Positions 18,513 to 28,362 of a DNA stretch of 64,000 nt are shown one piece after another. The stretch is from Nitrospirota bacterium (GTDB lineage: Bacteria > Nitrospirota > Thermodesulfovibrionia > Thermodesulfovibrionales > UBA1546): assembly GCA_016195565.1 (NCBI GenBank), contig JACPZK010000006.1, forward strand, positions 30,900 through 94,899, given 5' to 3'. The position numbers and the translations under genes are program-made. How positions within the stretch are numbered: position 1 is the first letter of the stretch; each line of letters starts with the position of its first letter. The notes below the pieces were generated by a model. The model made no database searches. It was not told the origin of the DNA and saw nothing but the letters and a program-made list of their open reading frames with translations.

Positions 18513-19436
18513 TCATTTTATATTATATATGTCCAGCCCTTGGTCTATTGTTACAATCTTCATATCTGGATAGCTGGAGTGCGCATAGTCGATGAGTTCT
18601 CCAAGCTCTTCAATTTCATTGTATAGTATTTCAATTAGATAAGAGGTCGCCCCGCTGGCTTGACCAGCGATGGTGTCTCCTGTATGAGGTGTTCCTGATA
18701 CAGGGACATAATACAGCCATGAAAAAAGCTCTTTGCTGTATCTGCCTCTCGCACCTGAAGGGCTGAATAGGAGTTCTTCTCCGGGCAGGAAAGAGCCGCT
18801 GTTGCCGGGAGAAACTCTGACTTTGATATCGATATTATGATGGTAGATGATAAGCCATTTCCTCTCAATAAACGCTATGTCGATAAGCGCCTTCATCTTT
18901 TTTGTATTGTGGCTGAAGGAGTAGGATTTAAGTTCATATCTGTCCAATTCTGCAGGGTTCAGCATACTCCGTCCTCCCCTTGCAGACCTGTAATATTTGC
19001 TCACAATATCTTTAACATGACTGTTATTCTTATTATAAGGGTAGACTATGTTTTTAACTTTGATACCCAAGCCTTCAAGAGCTGCCTTCGATGCAGATAA
19101 TTCGGATTCGATCTGCTTATCATCAAGGCTTTTAAGGTCAGGATGCGACACAGTATGGCTCATTATCTCGAAACCATCATTCTGAAGTTCCTGTAGCTGG
19201 GAAATGCTCAGATGATTTTTCGTGTTTAACCAGCCTGTAGTAATTGCAAAACCTGCTGTTGCATTATGTTGTTTAAATACCTCTTTTGCAATAGAATAAT
19301 CCGTATCGTTCCCGTCGTCAAAAATAAAGGTGAGCAAAGGGACAAACCCCTTTTCCTGAGAGGAATCTTTTCTGCCAAGGCTGCTGCAAGAAGATATCAG
19401 CAAGACAGCTATGACAAAGGTTATAAATTTCTTCAT
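18513..19436 (-). CDS. polysaccharide deacetylase (NodB homology) lipoprotein
   Basis: Signal peptide with lipobox LLISSC; TFIFDDGNDTDY and MSHTVSHPDL NodB-type motifs. Confidence 0.75.
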   Translation of the reverse strand: MKKFITFVIAVLLISSCSSLGRKDSSQEKGFVPLLTFIFDDGNDTDYSIAKEVFKQHNATAGFAITTGWLNTKNHLSISQLQELQNDGFEIMSHTVSHPDLKSLDDKQIESELSASKAALEGLGIKVKNIVYPYNKNNSHVKDIVSKYYRSARGGRSMLNPAELDRYELKSYSFSHNTKKMKALIDIAFIERKWLIIYHHNIDIKVRVSPGNSGSFLPGEELLFSPSGARGRYSKELFSWLYYVPVSGTPHTGDTIAGQASGATSYLIEILYNEIEELGELIDYAHSSYPDMKIVTIDQGLDIYNIK

Positions 19437-19642
19437 TTTATTCTTTCAAATACACATGGCAATTTTAAAATAAATTTCCACTAAATTGTAACCGCATCCT
19501 GTCAGTAATACTTCTTAATAAACTTGTCTTAGCGTATAAGAATACTGAAATTCAGGAGCAGCTGTGATAGAAAAACAATATACATTCGTTTATTATGTGT
19601 TTTAAGTCCGGTCCTTTGACGGTGTTGAAATGATTTTTCAAG

Positions 19643-21028
19643 TCAACATAGCCTTGAAGATGTCCCCCCTTCTGAATGAGGAGTTCTTGCCAGAGATTTT
19701 GATTCTTCTTTTAATACTGCATCAATAATATAATCACAAACATCCTCAACGAAATAAGCGCCATATTTCGTCAAGTTTATGGCCCCGCCCTCCTGCTTAA
19801 GACACCCATATTCGCTAAGCCTTGAAAACAGCGAAGAAAAAACATCAAGGGGGTCCGCAGTAAATCTGTCCTGGAACTGCTTTATATCGAGGCCTCTTTT
19901 CACTTGAATGTTGAGCAAAAGCGACCGGTACATTTGCTCTCTTGGCGTAAGAGAAATATACCTGCCGATAGGCAGCCCCTCCTTTCTGATAATATTTGAA
20001 TACACAGAAAGCTCTTCATGCTTGTCGTAGCAAATCGTCTTGGTATACGATCGCGCCCGTGAACCGAGCGCTATGATAGGCATTTCCTTTAACCAATGAT
20101 ATCTGTATCCCCATTGTTTATCATCAGTGAATCGTCCATTTTGCTCATATCCATTTGCGCTCATCCATTCTTGTGTTATACACACCATTTGAAAAAGCGT
20201 GTCATTGTCAACAACAAGGCCGGGATTGTCCTTATACAGCTTGACAACAAGAGGGTTTACTATTTCATGCCTGATATATTCGACTGAATCCGGACGTATC
20301 CCTCCTAATATCTCAAGATCTTTTTTTACACCTTCGATAGTCTGCCCGGGAAGTCCTGTCATCATATCAATGTTTATTGACATACCAGCGTCCTGAACAT
20401 CTTTAACAATCCTTTCAATCTGGCCCTCGGTATTTTTCCTGTTACACAGTAGAAGCACCTTTTGGTCAAAGGTCTGACAACCGATACTTAATCTGGTTAT
20501 GCCGATATCACCTAATTCCCTTATTCTTTGTTTGTCAGACAAAGTGGATGGATGCGCTTCAGAAGTAACACTACAGTTTTCAGATAAATCTATACATGAT
20601 GAGAGCTTATTCAATATAAGCTTAATATCATAGTTAGAAAATGATGTAGGGGTCCCGCCGCCAAGATATATGCCTTTTGCCTTCTTGCCCTTAAAAAGTC
20701 CATACTTCGATAAAAGTTCAATCTCTTTCAGTAAATTAATTAAATAATCCTCTTGAGCTTTCTTATCTGTCTTGTGAGGGAAAGAATTACAGAACAAACA
20801 TTCAGAAAAGCAGAAAGGGAGGTGGACATACAACAATATTTCTTCTTCTATCAAACTCTCTTTTACTTTTTCAAGAAAGCTGTCTACCTGTGATGGTGCA
20901 AGTATTTTAAACCTGTGAGGAATAAACAGGTCCGGCTGGCTCTTTGTGTAATCTGCAGAACCATAAAAGAGTTCATTTCTTATGACGTTTAGCACTTCAT
21001 TTTCTTCCATACGATCAAACTCACCCAT
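19643..21028 (-). CDS. HemN-like (class C) radical SAM enzyme
   Basis: LYVHLPFCFSECLFC cluster motif and YLGGGTPTSF, both typical of the HemN/coproporphyrinogen-oxidase-like family. Confidence 0.85.
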   Translation of the reverse strand: MGEFDRMEENEVLNVIRNELFYGSADYTKSQPDLFIPHRFKILAPSQVDSFLEKVKESLIEEEILLYVHLPFCFSECLFCNSFPHKTDKKAQEDYLINLLKEIELLSKYGLFKGKKAKGIYLGGGTPTSFSNYDIKLILNKLSSCIDLSENCSVTSEAHPSTLSDKQRIRELGDIGITRLSIGCQTFDQKVLLLCNRKNTEGQIERIVKDVQDAGMSINIDMMTGLPGQTIEGVKKDLEILGGIRPDSVEYIRHEIVNPLVVKLYKDNPGLVVDNDTLFQMVCITQEWMSANGYEQNGRFTDDKQWGYRYHWLKEMPIIALGSRARSYTKTICYDKHEELSVYSNIIRKEGLPIGRYISLTPREQMYRSLLLNIQVKRGLDIKQFQDRFTADPLDVFSSLFSRLSEYGCLKQEGGAINLTKYGAYFVEDVCDYIIDAVLKEESKSLARTPHSEGGTSSRLC

Positions 21029-21059
21029 GTCTGAACCTTAGGTCTTGAATGTTAATGTT

Positions 21060-21353
21060 TTAAGTCCGGCCTTTTGTATTCTCATAAACATGGTTCGCAA
21101 GGGTATCTATGGAATAAAATATTTCCTTTCCCTTATTCATGTCCTTCACCTCAATGCCAAAATTACGCTGGAGAAGCACGACTATCTCAACAGCGTCAAG
21201 GGAATCGAGACCAAGACCTTCGCCGAATAAAATTTCATCATCTTTGATGTCTTCAGGGTTAATATCTTCGAGTGACAGGTCGTTCACAAGCATCTCCTTT
21301 AAATCCTTCCTCAATTTTGCCAATCCTGCTGATTTGTTTTCTTCCATCGCCAC
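21060..21353 (-). CDS. acyl carrier protein (ACP-2)
   Basis: 97 aa with GLGLDSLDAVE motif. Confidence 0.85.
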   Translation of the reverse strand: MAMEENKSAGLAKLRKDLKEMLVNDLSLEDINPEDIKDDEILFGEGLGLDSLDAVEIVVLLQRNFGIEVKDMNKGKEIFYSIDTLANHVYENTKGRT

Positions 21354-21385
21354 ACCCCTTACATTTGATATTTAAATTTATTGTA

Positions 21386-22291
21386 TTAACTCTTCCCTTC
21401 CCATATATCGCCGAACACAAACCACTGGAACGGATACAGCGCAGCATAATTATCAAGCACACCCGCAAACTCCTGAACGCAGTTCCTGACCTTTTCATTT
21501 TTTTCAGTCTTTGTGCCTTGAACAGGCCCGATAATATGAGATACGTCTACGATATATTTTTTCGCGGAAAGTCTGGCAGACCAGAGAACAACTACCGGAC
21601 ACTCAGCAGCTGCCGCTATGCTGAAGGCCCCGTGAGGCAGTTTCACCCTGTCTCCCATAAGAACTGCTTCCGTGAAATTCTGGCCATAGCTGCGGTCTCC
21701 CATGATGGATACCAGGCATCCTTGATCAATCACACTCATGATCTCAACAACTCCTCCAAGAAAATTCTCCGAGGAAATAATCCTGATGCTTCCCTGTTCA
21801 CTGTCGATATTGAGGGCATCCTTAACTGCGGCGTTCTCTTCAGGCCTCATCACTAAATAAACCGTCCTGCCCAGTTTTTCGAGCGCTGTCATAGCCACCT
21901 GCCAGTTACCGACATGAGCGGTAAGCAGTATGATCCCCTTGCGGCTCTCCCCTAAAAGGGAGTTTAGTTTATCATATCCGTTGAGTTCGATGTCAAACCC
22001 GCCCAGGCCTGAGATAAGGTAGTGCCGATCTATGAGATTCTTACCCTGGTTGATAAATATCAGGTACACTCCCAGTATCCGGCGCAAAAAACCGTATCCC
22101 CTGAAACGTCTTCTGATATAGGCCATACTCGAGGCCACAGCAGAACGGTCAAACGCCAAATAATAGAGGCCGACAAAATACAGCAGGCCGTATGCTCCAG
22201 ACAGGCCGAACAACCTGAGGGCAGCCCTGAAGATCGCCATCCCCAGCCTGTTCCCCCTCTTTTTTATTTCCTCTGTTTTACCCGGGTTCAT
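21386..22291 (-). CDS. lysophospholipid/lipid A-type acyltransferase (HtrB/LpxL-like LPLAT)
   Basis: N-terminal TM segment, LTAHVGNWQVA (HxxNW motif region). Start placed at ATG 22291 (MNPGKTEE); the track's 22360 start would overlap the GT2 gene by 83 nt. Confidence 0.7.
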   Translation of the reverse strand: MNPGKTEEIKKRGNRLGMAIFRAALRLFGLSGAYGLLYFVGLYYLAFDRSAVASSMAYIRRRFRGYGFLRRILGVYLIFINQGKNLIDRHYLISGLGGFDIELNGYDKLNSLLGESRKGIILLTAHVGNWQVAMTALEKLGRTVYLVMRPEENAAVKDALNIDSEQGSIRIISSENFLGGVVEIMSVIDQGCLVSIMGDRSYGQNFTEAVLMGDRVKLPHGAFSIAAAAECPVVVLWSARLSAKKYIVDVSHIIGPVQGTKTEKNEKVRNCVQEFAGVLDNYAALYPFQWFVFGDIWEGKS

Positions 22292-23462
22292 TGAGACCCC
22301 TTCGCCTTCTGAAGGCAGAGGCCACAAAATACACAACGCTGCCCGTAAGAAGCGCGGCAAGCGGCGCTACAATAAGAGACCCCAGAAACCATTCTATCAG
22401 TCTGTCAGAGAATTGCTTAAACACTGTCGCAAAAGATATATCCGAAAGCCAATGGCCCCAGCGGAGGAAATAACCGACCTCGATGCAAAGCGCGGGGACA
22501 AAGGGGGGCATGCAGATATGCTGGGCATTGACCGCAACAACTTTATTCAGTTTAAGCTGGGTGGCTACATACAAAATTACGATCGTATGAAAAAAGAAGA
22601 TAGGCAGCACACCGAAGAAAATACCCACAGCCGCCGCAGAGGCCAGCCCGCCAGGCGTTACGTTTTCCCTTAATGACATTTTGATGAACTTTCCGGGGTG
22701 ACGCAGCAGCGATAGTTCAGTGCCTTTTTTAACAACAAGTCTTTTATGAGGGAAAGGGAGGAGGCGTCTTCCTACAAGCATTGCATGTGTATGCGAGATG
22801 CGAAGATTATCCAGAAAAGGCCTGAAACTCGATACCCTTTCCTCTGGTTTGGGATAGTAAACACTAATCGGTACTGTTCTCAGACAGAGCCCTGCCCAGA
22901 CCGCCCTTGCCAATACCTCTGCCTCAAAATCATAATGCGAGCCCCTGAACTTCATCTGCCTGAGATGCTTTATTGGATAGGCACGGAACCCGCTCTGACA
23001 ATCATCGGTATATACACCTGTTTCAATGCGCAACCAGAAGTTTGCGAATTTTCTTCCGAACCGGCTTTTTTCCGGAACGTTTTCAGTGTTGAAATCCCTG
23101 CTGCCGATAATAACAGAGGCATCATCTTCATTGATGAGGGGAAGGAATTTCCTGATATCTTCAGGCTTGTGCTGCCCGTCTCCGTCAATAGTTATCATGT
23201 ACTTTCCGCCGCGCGAGTCTATATATTCCGCCGCAGTCAATATGGCGCGACCCTTGCCCATATTTTTATCGTGTTTCAACAGAACAACATCAAGACCGGA
23301 CAATAGTTTTGAAATATCTGCATCATTACTGCCGTCGTCAACTACCAGCACATTCTTCAGGATTGAACGGCAGCCTGAAGCAATGTCCCTGACTGTAGCG
23401 CCATTGTTATAAACAGGCACAACACACCAGATATGGTCCGTAAAGTTATTGGCCTGCAGCAT
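22278..23462 (-). CDS. family 2 glycosyltransferase with C-terminal membrane (DUF2062-like) domain
   Basis: VVPVYNNG, VVDDGSND, ITIDGDGQH; the C-terminal ~130 aa are hydrophobic helices. Confidence 0.8.
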   Translation of the reverse strand: MLQANNFTDHIWCVVPVYNNGATVRDIASGCRSILKNVLVVDDGSNDADISKLLSGLDVVLLKHDKNMGKGRAILTAAEYIDSRGGKYMITIDGDGQHKPEDIRKFLPLINEDDASVIIGSRDFNTENVPEKSRFGRKFANFWLRIETGVYTDDCQSGFRAYPIKHLRQMKFRGSHYDFEAEVLARAVWAGLCLRTVPISVYYPKPEERVSSFRPFLDNLRISHTHAMLVGRRLLPFPHKRLVVKKGTELSLLRHPGKFIKMSLRENVTPGGLASAAAVGIFFGVLPIFFFHTIVILYVATQLKLNKVVAVNAQHICMPPFVPALCIEVGYFLRWGHWLSDISFATVFKQFSDRLIEWFLGSLIVAPLAALLTGSVVYFVASAFRRRRGLNEPG

Positions 23463-24819
23463 GCCGCTCCCTTTTTTTAGCCTTTGCCCCGGGAATCAGC
23501 ATGTCCCACATTGTTCCGGAATAGCCCAGTTTATGAAGCATCCTGAGACTGCTGTCCACAGCATCAGGAGGAAAAATACAATGCCTGATCTTTGAGAAGG
23601 CCTCAGTCAGAGTATCTTCCAGCCATTTTCTGTCAACCAGTGGAGAGATATAGTAAACCGGTTTCAGCATACCGTTGTCAGGAGAGAGCAGCTTTTCTCT
23701 TAATGCTATCTGCGCCAGTAAGGTATTGGGCAGAATTCTTATTCCCATGAATATGAATGATACAGATTTTTCGAGTCCCTTAACATTCTCTATACCTTCA
23801 TAGACAGTCTCTTTTGTCTCACCGGGGCCGCCGAACATAAAATAATGTGATGTTGCTATTTCGTATCTGGCGAACAGATCATTGCATTCTACAATGTCCT
23901 GAAAAGAGAATTTCTTGCCGAGTTTGCGCAAGGTAATATCACACGCAGCATCAGAACCTATTTCAACAGCAATAAGGCCGGTCGCTTTCATCAGCCCTAC
24001 GATTTCATCGTTCAAGCCCTCTGGTTTAAAAAATCCTGTCCAGGGAAGATTGATGTTTCGCTTTCTCATCTCCTCTATCACATCCAGATACGCCCCTTCA
24101 GAGTCATTGAATACAGAGTCAATAAAGAAAATATATTTTGCCTTGTGCTTGTCCCTGAGCAATTCGATATCATCGACAACCAGACGCGGTTCTCTTTTGC
24201 GGATGCTGTCTCCCTCCAGAACAGGATAGGAACAGTAAATACATTTTTGCGTACATCCGCGTTTTGTCTGTATCGAGGCTATATTTCCGCTATGAAGATA
24301 ATACTTCATCAACTCGTCGTCATACCTGGCTGAAACAATCTCTGCCCCCGTAAGCCTTATCTCCGGGCCTATCAGTCTTTCCTCAGGATATATCCCCGCA
24401 GCAGCATTATCCGCAAAATTTATTGCCAGCCTTTCACCTTCTCCTACGATACCGTAGTCCGCGCCTGTTTCTTTTAATATTAATTCCGGAACAAGTGAAA
24501 AGCCTGCACCACCGAGTATAACCTTTACCTCAGAGACTTCTTTTGCCTTCTTCACAATTTCCTTCACGATATCTATGTAGTACTGCTCATTCATGAAATT
24601 GACGTTATCGATGTTCCGGACCGAAATACCTATCAGCCCGGGACCGAATGCCCCAATCTCCTGCGCGAGTGCATCGAGGGAATTATTCTGCTGAAGGAAA
24701 TCAAACTGGCGCACCTCATGGCCTGCCCCTGCCAAGGCAGAGGCTATCATACTCAGGCCGAGCGGATATATAGGGTATGGAGACATGGTTATATTAGATG
24801 ATATCAGGAGTATCTTCAT
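23446..24819 (-). CDS. B12-binding domain radical SAM enzyme (class B)
   Basis: MKILLISSN...PGLIGISVRN B12-binding-type N-terminus; CTQKCIYC cluster motif. Confidence 0.85.
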   Translation of the reverse strand: MKILLISSNITMSPYPIYPLGLSMIASALAGAGHEVRQFDFLQQNNSLDALAQEIGAFGPGLIGISVRNIDNVNFMNEQYYIDIVKEIVKKAKEVSEVKVILGGAGFSLVPELILKETGADYGIVGEGERLAINFADNAAAGIYPEERLIGPEIRLTGAEIVSARYDDELMKYYLHSGNIASIQTKRGCTQKCIYCSYPVLEGDSIRKREPRLVVDDIELLRDKHKAKYIFFIDSVFNDSEGAYLDVIEEMRKRNINLPWTGFFKPEGLNDEIVGLMKATGLIAVEIGSDAACDITLRKLGKKFSFQDIVECNDLFARYEIATSHYFMFGGPGETKETVYEGIENVKGLEKSVSFIFMGIRILPNTLLAQIALREKLLSPDNGMLKPVYYISPLVDRKWLEDTLTEAFSKIRHCIFPPDAVDSSLRMLHKLGYSGTMWDMLIPGAKAKKRERHAAGQ

Positions 24820-26096
24820 TCGGATCTCTCTCCTTTTTTATTCCCCTTCCAGCCATCGCCCCTGAGTCTCGTCCGCTTATATGTGCCTTCTGCCTTTTCC
24901 TTTTCGAGCACCTTTAAAAAAAGCTGTGCCATCCTTACTTCCTGACTGCAGTCTTTGTAAAAGGTATTCCATGCATAATAATACATCTCCTGCAGTTTAT
25001 CTACGCTCATCAGTGCCGGCTTAAAGACCACCTCTCCGCCTGTGTAATGTACCCAGTCATTGTGAAGCAACCTTCCTTCGTCTTCCAGTGTCTTCCTTAT
25101 GGGAGTGTGCGGGAAAGGAGTCAGAATGGTAAACTCGGCAAGGTCAAGATTTATCTCAAGGAGGAAATCCACAAGCCTTTTAATATAATCCTCATCGTGA
25201 TTATCCATACCGAGGATTATCGTGCCCTCAACCCCTATGCCGCGCTCCTGAAGCCGCTTCACACGATTTCTTATATGGTCAGAGGTGTCAAATATCGCCT
25301 GATATACATACCAGCAGCCGGCCTTCACAGCCAGATCCAGTATCTCATCATCATCCTTTATTGGATGAGATATCCATTTTTTCTTAAGCGGTATAAGGGC
25401 ACGGAACAATTCCTTCTCCCAGTTGTCATCCTGCGCCATAGAATTATCCACAAAAAATAAGCGGTTATTATTTATTCCTTCAAGTTCTTTTATAACTGAA
25501 TTTATGTCCCTTGGCCTGAACTTCCTGCCTCCAAGAAAAGGAGTGCAGCAGGGAAAGCAATTGAACCTGCACCCTCTGGAAGCGTGGATAAGGTCGACCA
25601 TCTGCACCCCGCGGTAGTTATATAACTCCCGGTCCAGAATACTTCTTCTGGCCGGACCTATCAGCTTTGTATCAGGGAAATCCATCAGGTAGTTGTAGAC
25701 CTTCTTTAATTTCTTGTTCTGCAGATCTGATATAACCTCTCCAAAACGGCCCTCTGCTTCACCGAGGAAAACAGAGTCAGCGTGCTTCATGGTTTCTTCA
25801 TGATGAAGCATTGTCCCAATGCCGCCGAAGATGACAGGTATACCCTCTGCCCTGTACCTGTCAGCAATCTCCCAGCCTCTCGGTATCTGGCAGGTGAGCA
25901 TAGCGGATATGGCAACAAGATCGGCCTTTTCTTTAAAGTCCGGTTCCTGCACATTCTCATCACAAAAAGATAGCTCTATGTTGTCCGGAACAGCAGCCGC
26001 AAAACAGACCGGGCCATGCGGAGGGAGATGAAACTCAGTCTGCCTGCTCAACTTAGGCCATTTTGGATAAATAAGTTTTATTTTCACTTTTAACAC
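24816..26096 (-). CDS. B12-binding domain radical SAM enzyme (class B)
   Basis: ADLVAISAMLT...VIFGG N-terminal domain; ASRGCRFNCFPC cluster motif; GTG start. Confidence 0.8.
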   Translation of the reverse strand: MLKVKIKLIYPKWPKLSRQTEFHLPPHGPVCFAAAVPDNIELSFCDENVQEPDFKEKADLVAISAMLTCQIPRGWEIADRYRAEGIPVIFGGIGTMLHHEETMKHADSVFLGEAEGRFGEVISDLQNKKLKKVYNYLMDFPDTKLIGPARRSILDRELYNYRGVQMVDLIHASRGCRFNCFPCCTPFLGGRKFRPRDINSVIKELEGINNNRLFFVDNSMAQDDNWEKELFRALIPLKKKWISHPIKDDDEILDLAVKAGCWYVYQAIFDTSDHIRNRVKRLQERGIGVEGTIILGMDNHDEDYIKRLVDFLLEINLDLAEFTILTPFPHTPIRKTLEDEGRLLHNDWVHYTGGEVVFKPALMSVDKLQEMYYYAWNTFYKDCSQEVRMAQLFLKVLEKEKAEGTYKRTRLRGDGWKGNKKGERSE

Positions 26097-26761
26097 TTCC
26101 CTTTCTGCATCATTAAAAACTCTTCTGCCATCTCAAGCAGGCTAATTTCTTTTTCTATTACAGACATTGCTTTCGAAATGTCACATAAGACCGGGCTCTC
26201 AGGTATAGGATTTTTTTTGAAAACAAAATACATTGCCTCATCTTTGTTGTTTATGCCGGCCACAACCGACTGACTCTCTTTAAGCAGCAGCATATCTTCA
26301 GCAGTCCTAATCACGAGCGGCAAAGTCTCGTGACCTGAAGTCATATAGAACAAAGGCCCCTGAAGGCCGAAATGTATAGCAGCCTCAGCAAGAGGACTGG
26401 TTGGAAGCGTGTAAATAAAGAGATTGCCGCGCGACAATTTTCTGCCGCTGACCAGATAGTCCTTAAAATAATCAATGTCTGATTCAAGAGAACCGTCAGT
26501 ATTCGTGCCTATAATTCCCATATCCTTTTTATTGTCAGATGAATATGAATCACCTGCATCCTTCAGCGCAAGTGCAGCAGCATAACAGACCATCTTCGAA
26601 ACATTATCCAGCCGCCCGAAATTCTTGAAAGGATACGAGAATATCCCATTCCTCGACAGCCCGTCGAAAGAAGTTGTATCACTATAACGAATACGCATGT
26701 CTTGCATTACACACATATACTCCTCTTTATCTATCCATCCTATTCCGCAAAGCGCAATCAT
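26090..26761 (-). CDS. short KS N-terminal-like protein without catalytic Cys (CLF-like partner)
   Basis: 223 aa; AALALKDAG...GIIGTNTDGS...FGLQGPLFYMTSGHET (no Cys at the KS active-site position); ATGA overlap with the upstream KS gene. Confidence 0.55.
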   Translation of the reverse strand: MIALCGIGWIDKEEYMCVMQDMRIRYSDTTSFDGLSRNGIFSYPFKNFGRLDNVSKMVCYAAALALKDAGDSYSSDNKKDMGIIGTNTDGSLESDIDYFKDYLVSGRKLSRGNLFIYTLPTSPLAEAAIHFGLQGPLFYMTSGHETLPLVIRTAEDMLLLKESQSVVAGINNKDEAMYFVFKKNPIPESPVLCDISKAMSVIEKEISLLEMAEEFLMMQKGKC

Positions 26762-27906
26762 CCTAACACCAAAGCAGCATTTATTCCGCCAAAACCAGCA
26801 TTAGTCATAACACCGATTGAATTATCAGGTATCAAACGCTCACTGGTTGAAACCCATCCTTCAGCATCCATGTCAGCTTCTTTTAAATTCACAGTAGGAG
26901 GTACTTTTCCATCTCTCAGCGCCCGCATCGCAATTATCATCTCAACAAGACCGGAAGCAGCCATAGTATGGCCTATTCCTCCTTTAATAGAATATACCGG
27001 CTTTTTATCTGTGAATACAGCCTTAAAGGCCCTCATCTCCATCGAGTCATTATAAACCGTGCCTGTCCCATGGGCAGAGATGAAACCAATATCTTTATCA
27101 TCAGCGCCGGCAGACAACAGAGTTTTTTTTAAAGCTAATATCAATCCCTCGCTGCCGCGTGCAGGCCCGGTCATATGGTTGGCATCATCGCTCAATCCCC
27201 ATCCGAGCACCTCACCTGTTATCTCTCTGTTTTCCTTGCGGGCCCTCGCTTCGCTCATAAGCAGCACAAAAGCAGCAGCCTCTCCAACGCTCAATCCGTT
27301 TCTGTTTTTATCAAAAGGCATAGCTGAAAACTTATCAAGCGCCATGAGTGAAGAAAAACCTGAAAAGACAAATTCAGTCACACTGTCACATGCAATAACA
27401 AGCACGCATTCCGTTCTTCCGCATTTTATCATTGCACAAGCCCCGGCAACTGCTGCTGCTGCAGAGGAGCAGGCAGCTGAAATAATCATCCCTTTATCCT
27501 TTGTGCCTGCAATTGAAGAGACCTTTTCGAGAAAAACGGACTGGCTGTTTCCCTGAATATTGTTTTGGCCTTTCAGTATCTTCTTTTCCAAAAGGTCTAT
27601 CTCACCTTTTGTTGAAGCAACTATAAGACTGGCGTCATCAGGGATTGCTTCCTTATACTTCTCGAATAAAGAAACGAGCATCTGCTCAACCAATGAGTTT
27701 TTTCCAAGATACTCAAGCCCTTCTATAGTCGCCGCATATTCTGATTGAAATGCACTCGCATCAAATCTTCTTAATTTTGAGATAGCTGTCCGGCCTGCAA
27801 GGATATTTTCCCAGCAGGCATCTGTACCATTGCCATATGGTGTGATCATGTCACTGGCAACAGCAACAACCTTTATTATGTTTTCTGGAATTCGCCTGCT
27901 CTCCAC
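26758..27906 (-). CDS. beta-ketoacyl-ACP synthase
   Basis: ISAACSSAAAAV (Cys), SAHGTGT, IGHTMAASG; apparent GTG start. Confidence 0.85.
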   Translation of the reverse strand: MESRRIPENIIKVVAVASDMITPYGNGTDACWENILAGRTAISKLRRFDASAFQSEYAATIEGLEYLGKNSLVEQMLVSLFEKYKEAIPDDASLIVASTKGEIDLLEKKILKGQNNIQGNSQSVFLEKVSSIAGTKDKGMIISAACSSAAAAVAGACAMIKCGRTECVLVIACDSVTEFVFSGFSSLMALDKFSAMPFDKNRNGLSVGEAAAFVLLMSEARARKENREITGEVLGWGLSDDANHMTGPARGSEGLILALKKTLLSAGADDKDIGFISAHGTGTVYNDSMEMRAFKAVFTDKKPVYSIKGGIGHTMAASGLVEMIIAMRALRDGKVPPTVNLKEADMDAEGWVSTSERLIPDNSIGVMTNAGFGGINAALVLG

Positions 27907-28358
27907 CTGTTATGGCACCTCTCCAGTAATGCGGGTAAGACTATGCATGCCTCCCCGGTTTTTGCATCGGTCAATAATTGCACAGTATATCCTGACACAG
28001 CAAGGGTCCCGTCCATTTTGTAAAGACCATATTCCGTATTCAGCCTGGCGCCTTCATGCCAGATCAGTGAGGCCCTGGCAATAAACTCCTCGTCAAGAAA
28101 AAGGGACCGGTAGTAATCTATATGTAATTCGACTATCGGGGCGCGCAATCCTGTCTCGTAGAATTCCTTATATGTAAGCCCGCATATCCTACCCAACAGC
28201 TCAGCAGCTTCTTCAAAGTATAAAGGGTACCTTCCGTACCAGACAATGCCCATAGGATCAGCTTCGCTGAAATGAACGCGCCTCAGGCGCTCAGCAACAA
28301 TAGGGGCAGGTGCGTCATCGCCTGTTTCAAAATAAGACTTTCTCTTTCTCGGTCTCAT
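27876..28358 (-). CDS. 4HBT/YbgC-type hotdog thioesterase
   Basis: VHFSEADPMGIVWYGRYPLYFEEA matches the 4HBT catalytic-Asp region. Start placed at ATG 28358, after the upstream stop. Confidence 0.7.
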   Translation of the reverse strand: MRPRKRKSYFETGDDAPAPIVAERLRRVHFSEADPMGIVWYGRYPLYFEEAAELLGRICGLTYKEFYETGLRAPIVELHIDYYRSLFLDEEFIARASLIWHEGARLNTEYGLYKMDGTLAVSGYTVQLLTDAKTGEACIVLPALLERCHNRWRAGEFQKT

Positions 28359-28362
28359 CGTT

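Noticed and set aside
19595-19625. 14-nt identity (CCGGACTTAAAACA on the minus strand) between the spacer after the HemN-like gene and the 3' end of ACP-2 (21056-21078), considered as a relic of a duplicated ACP
   Set aside because: A single 14-mer match is expected by chance many times in a 64-kb two-strand self-comparison. The flanking similarity is weak.
26090-26097. Apparent one-nucleotide discrepancy between my hand count of the stop/start codons at the 26.09-kb gene junction and the ORF-track coordinates
   Set aside because: Most likely my own counting slip in that line. All other hand-checked junctions (6940, 16256, 22278, 29420, 35266, 39793, 40464, 46343, 53739, 59993) agreed with the track, so track coordinates were kept.
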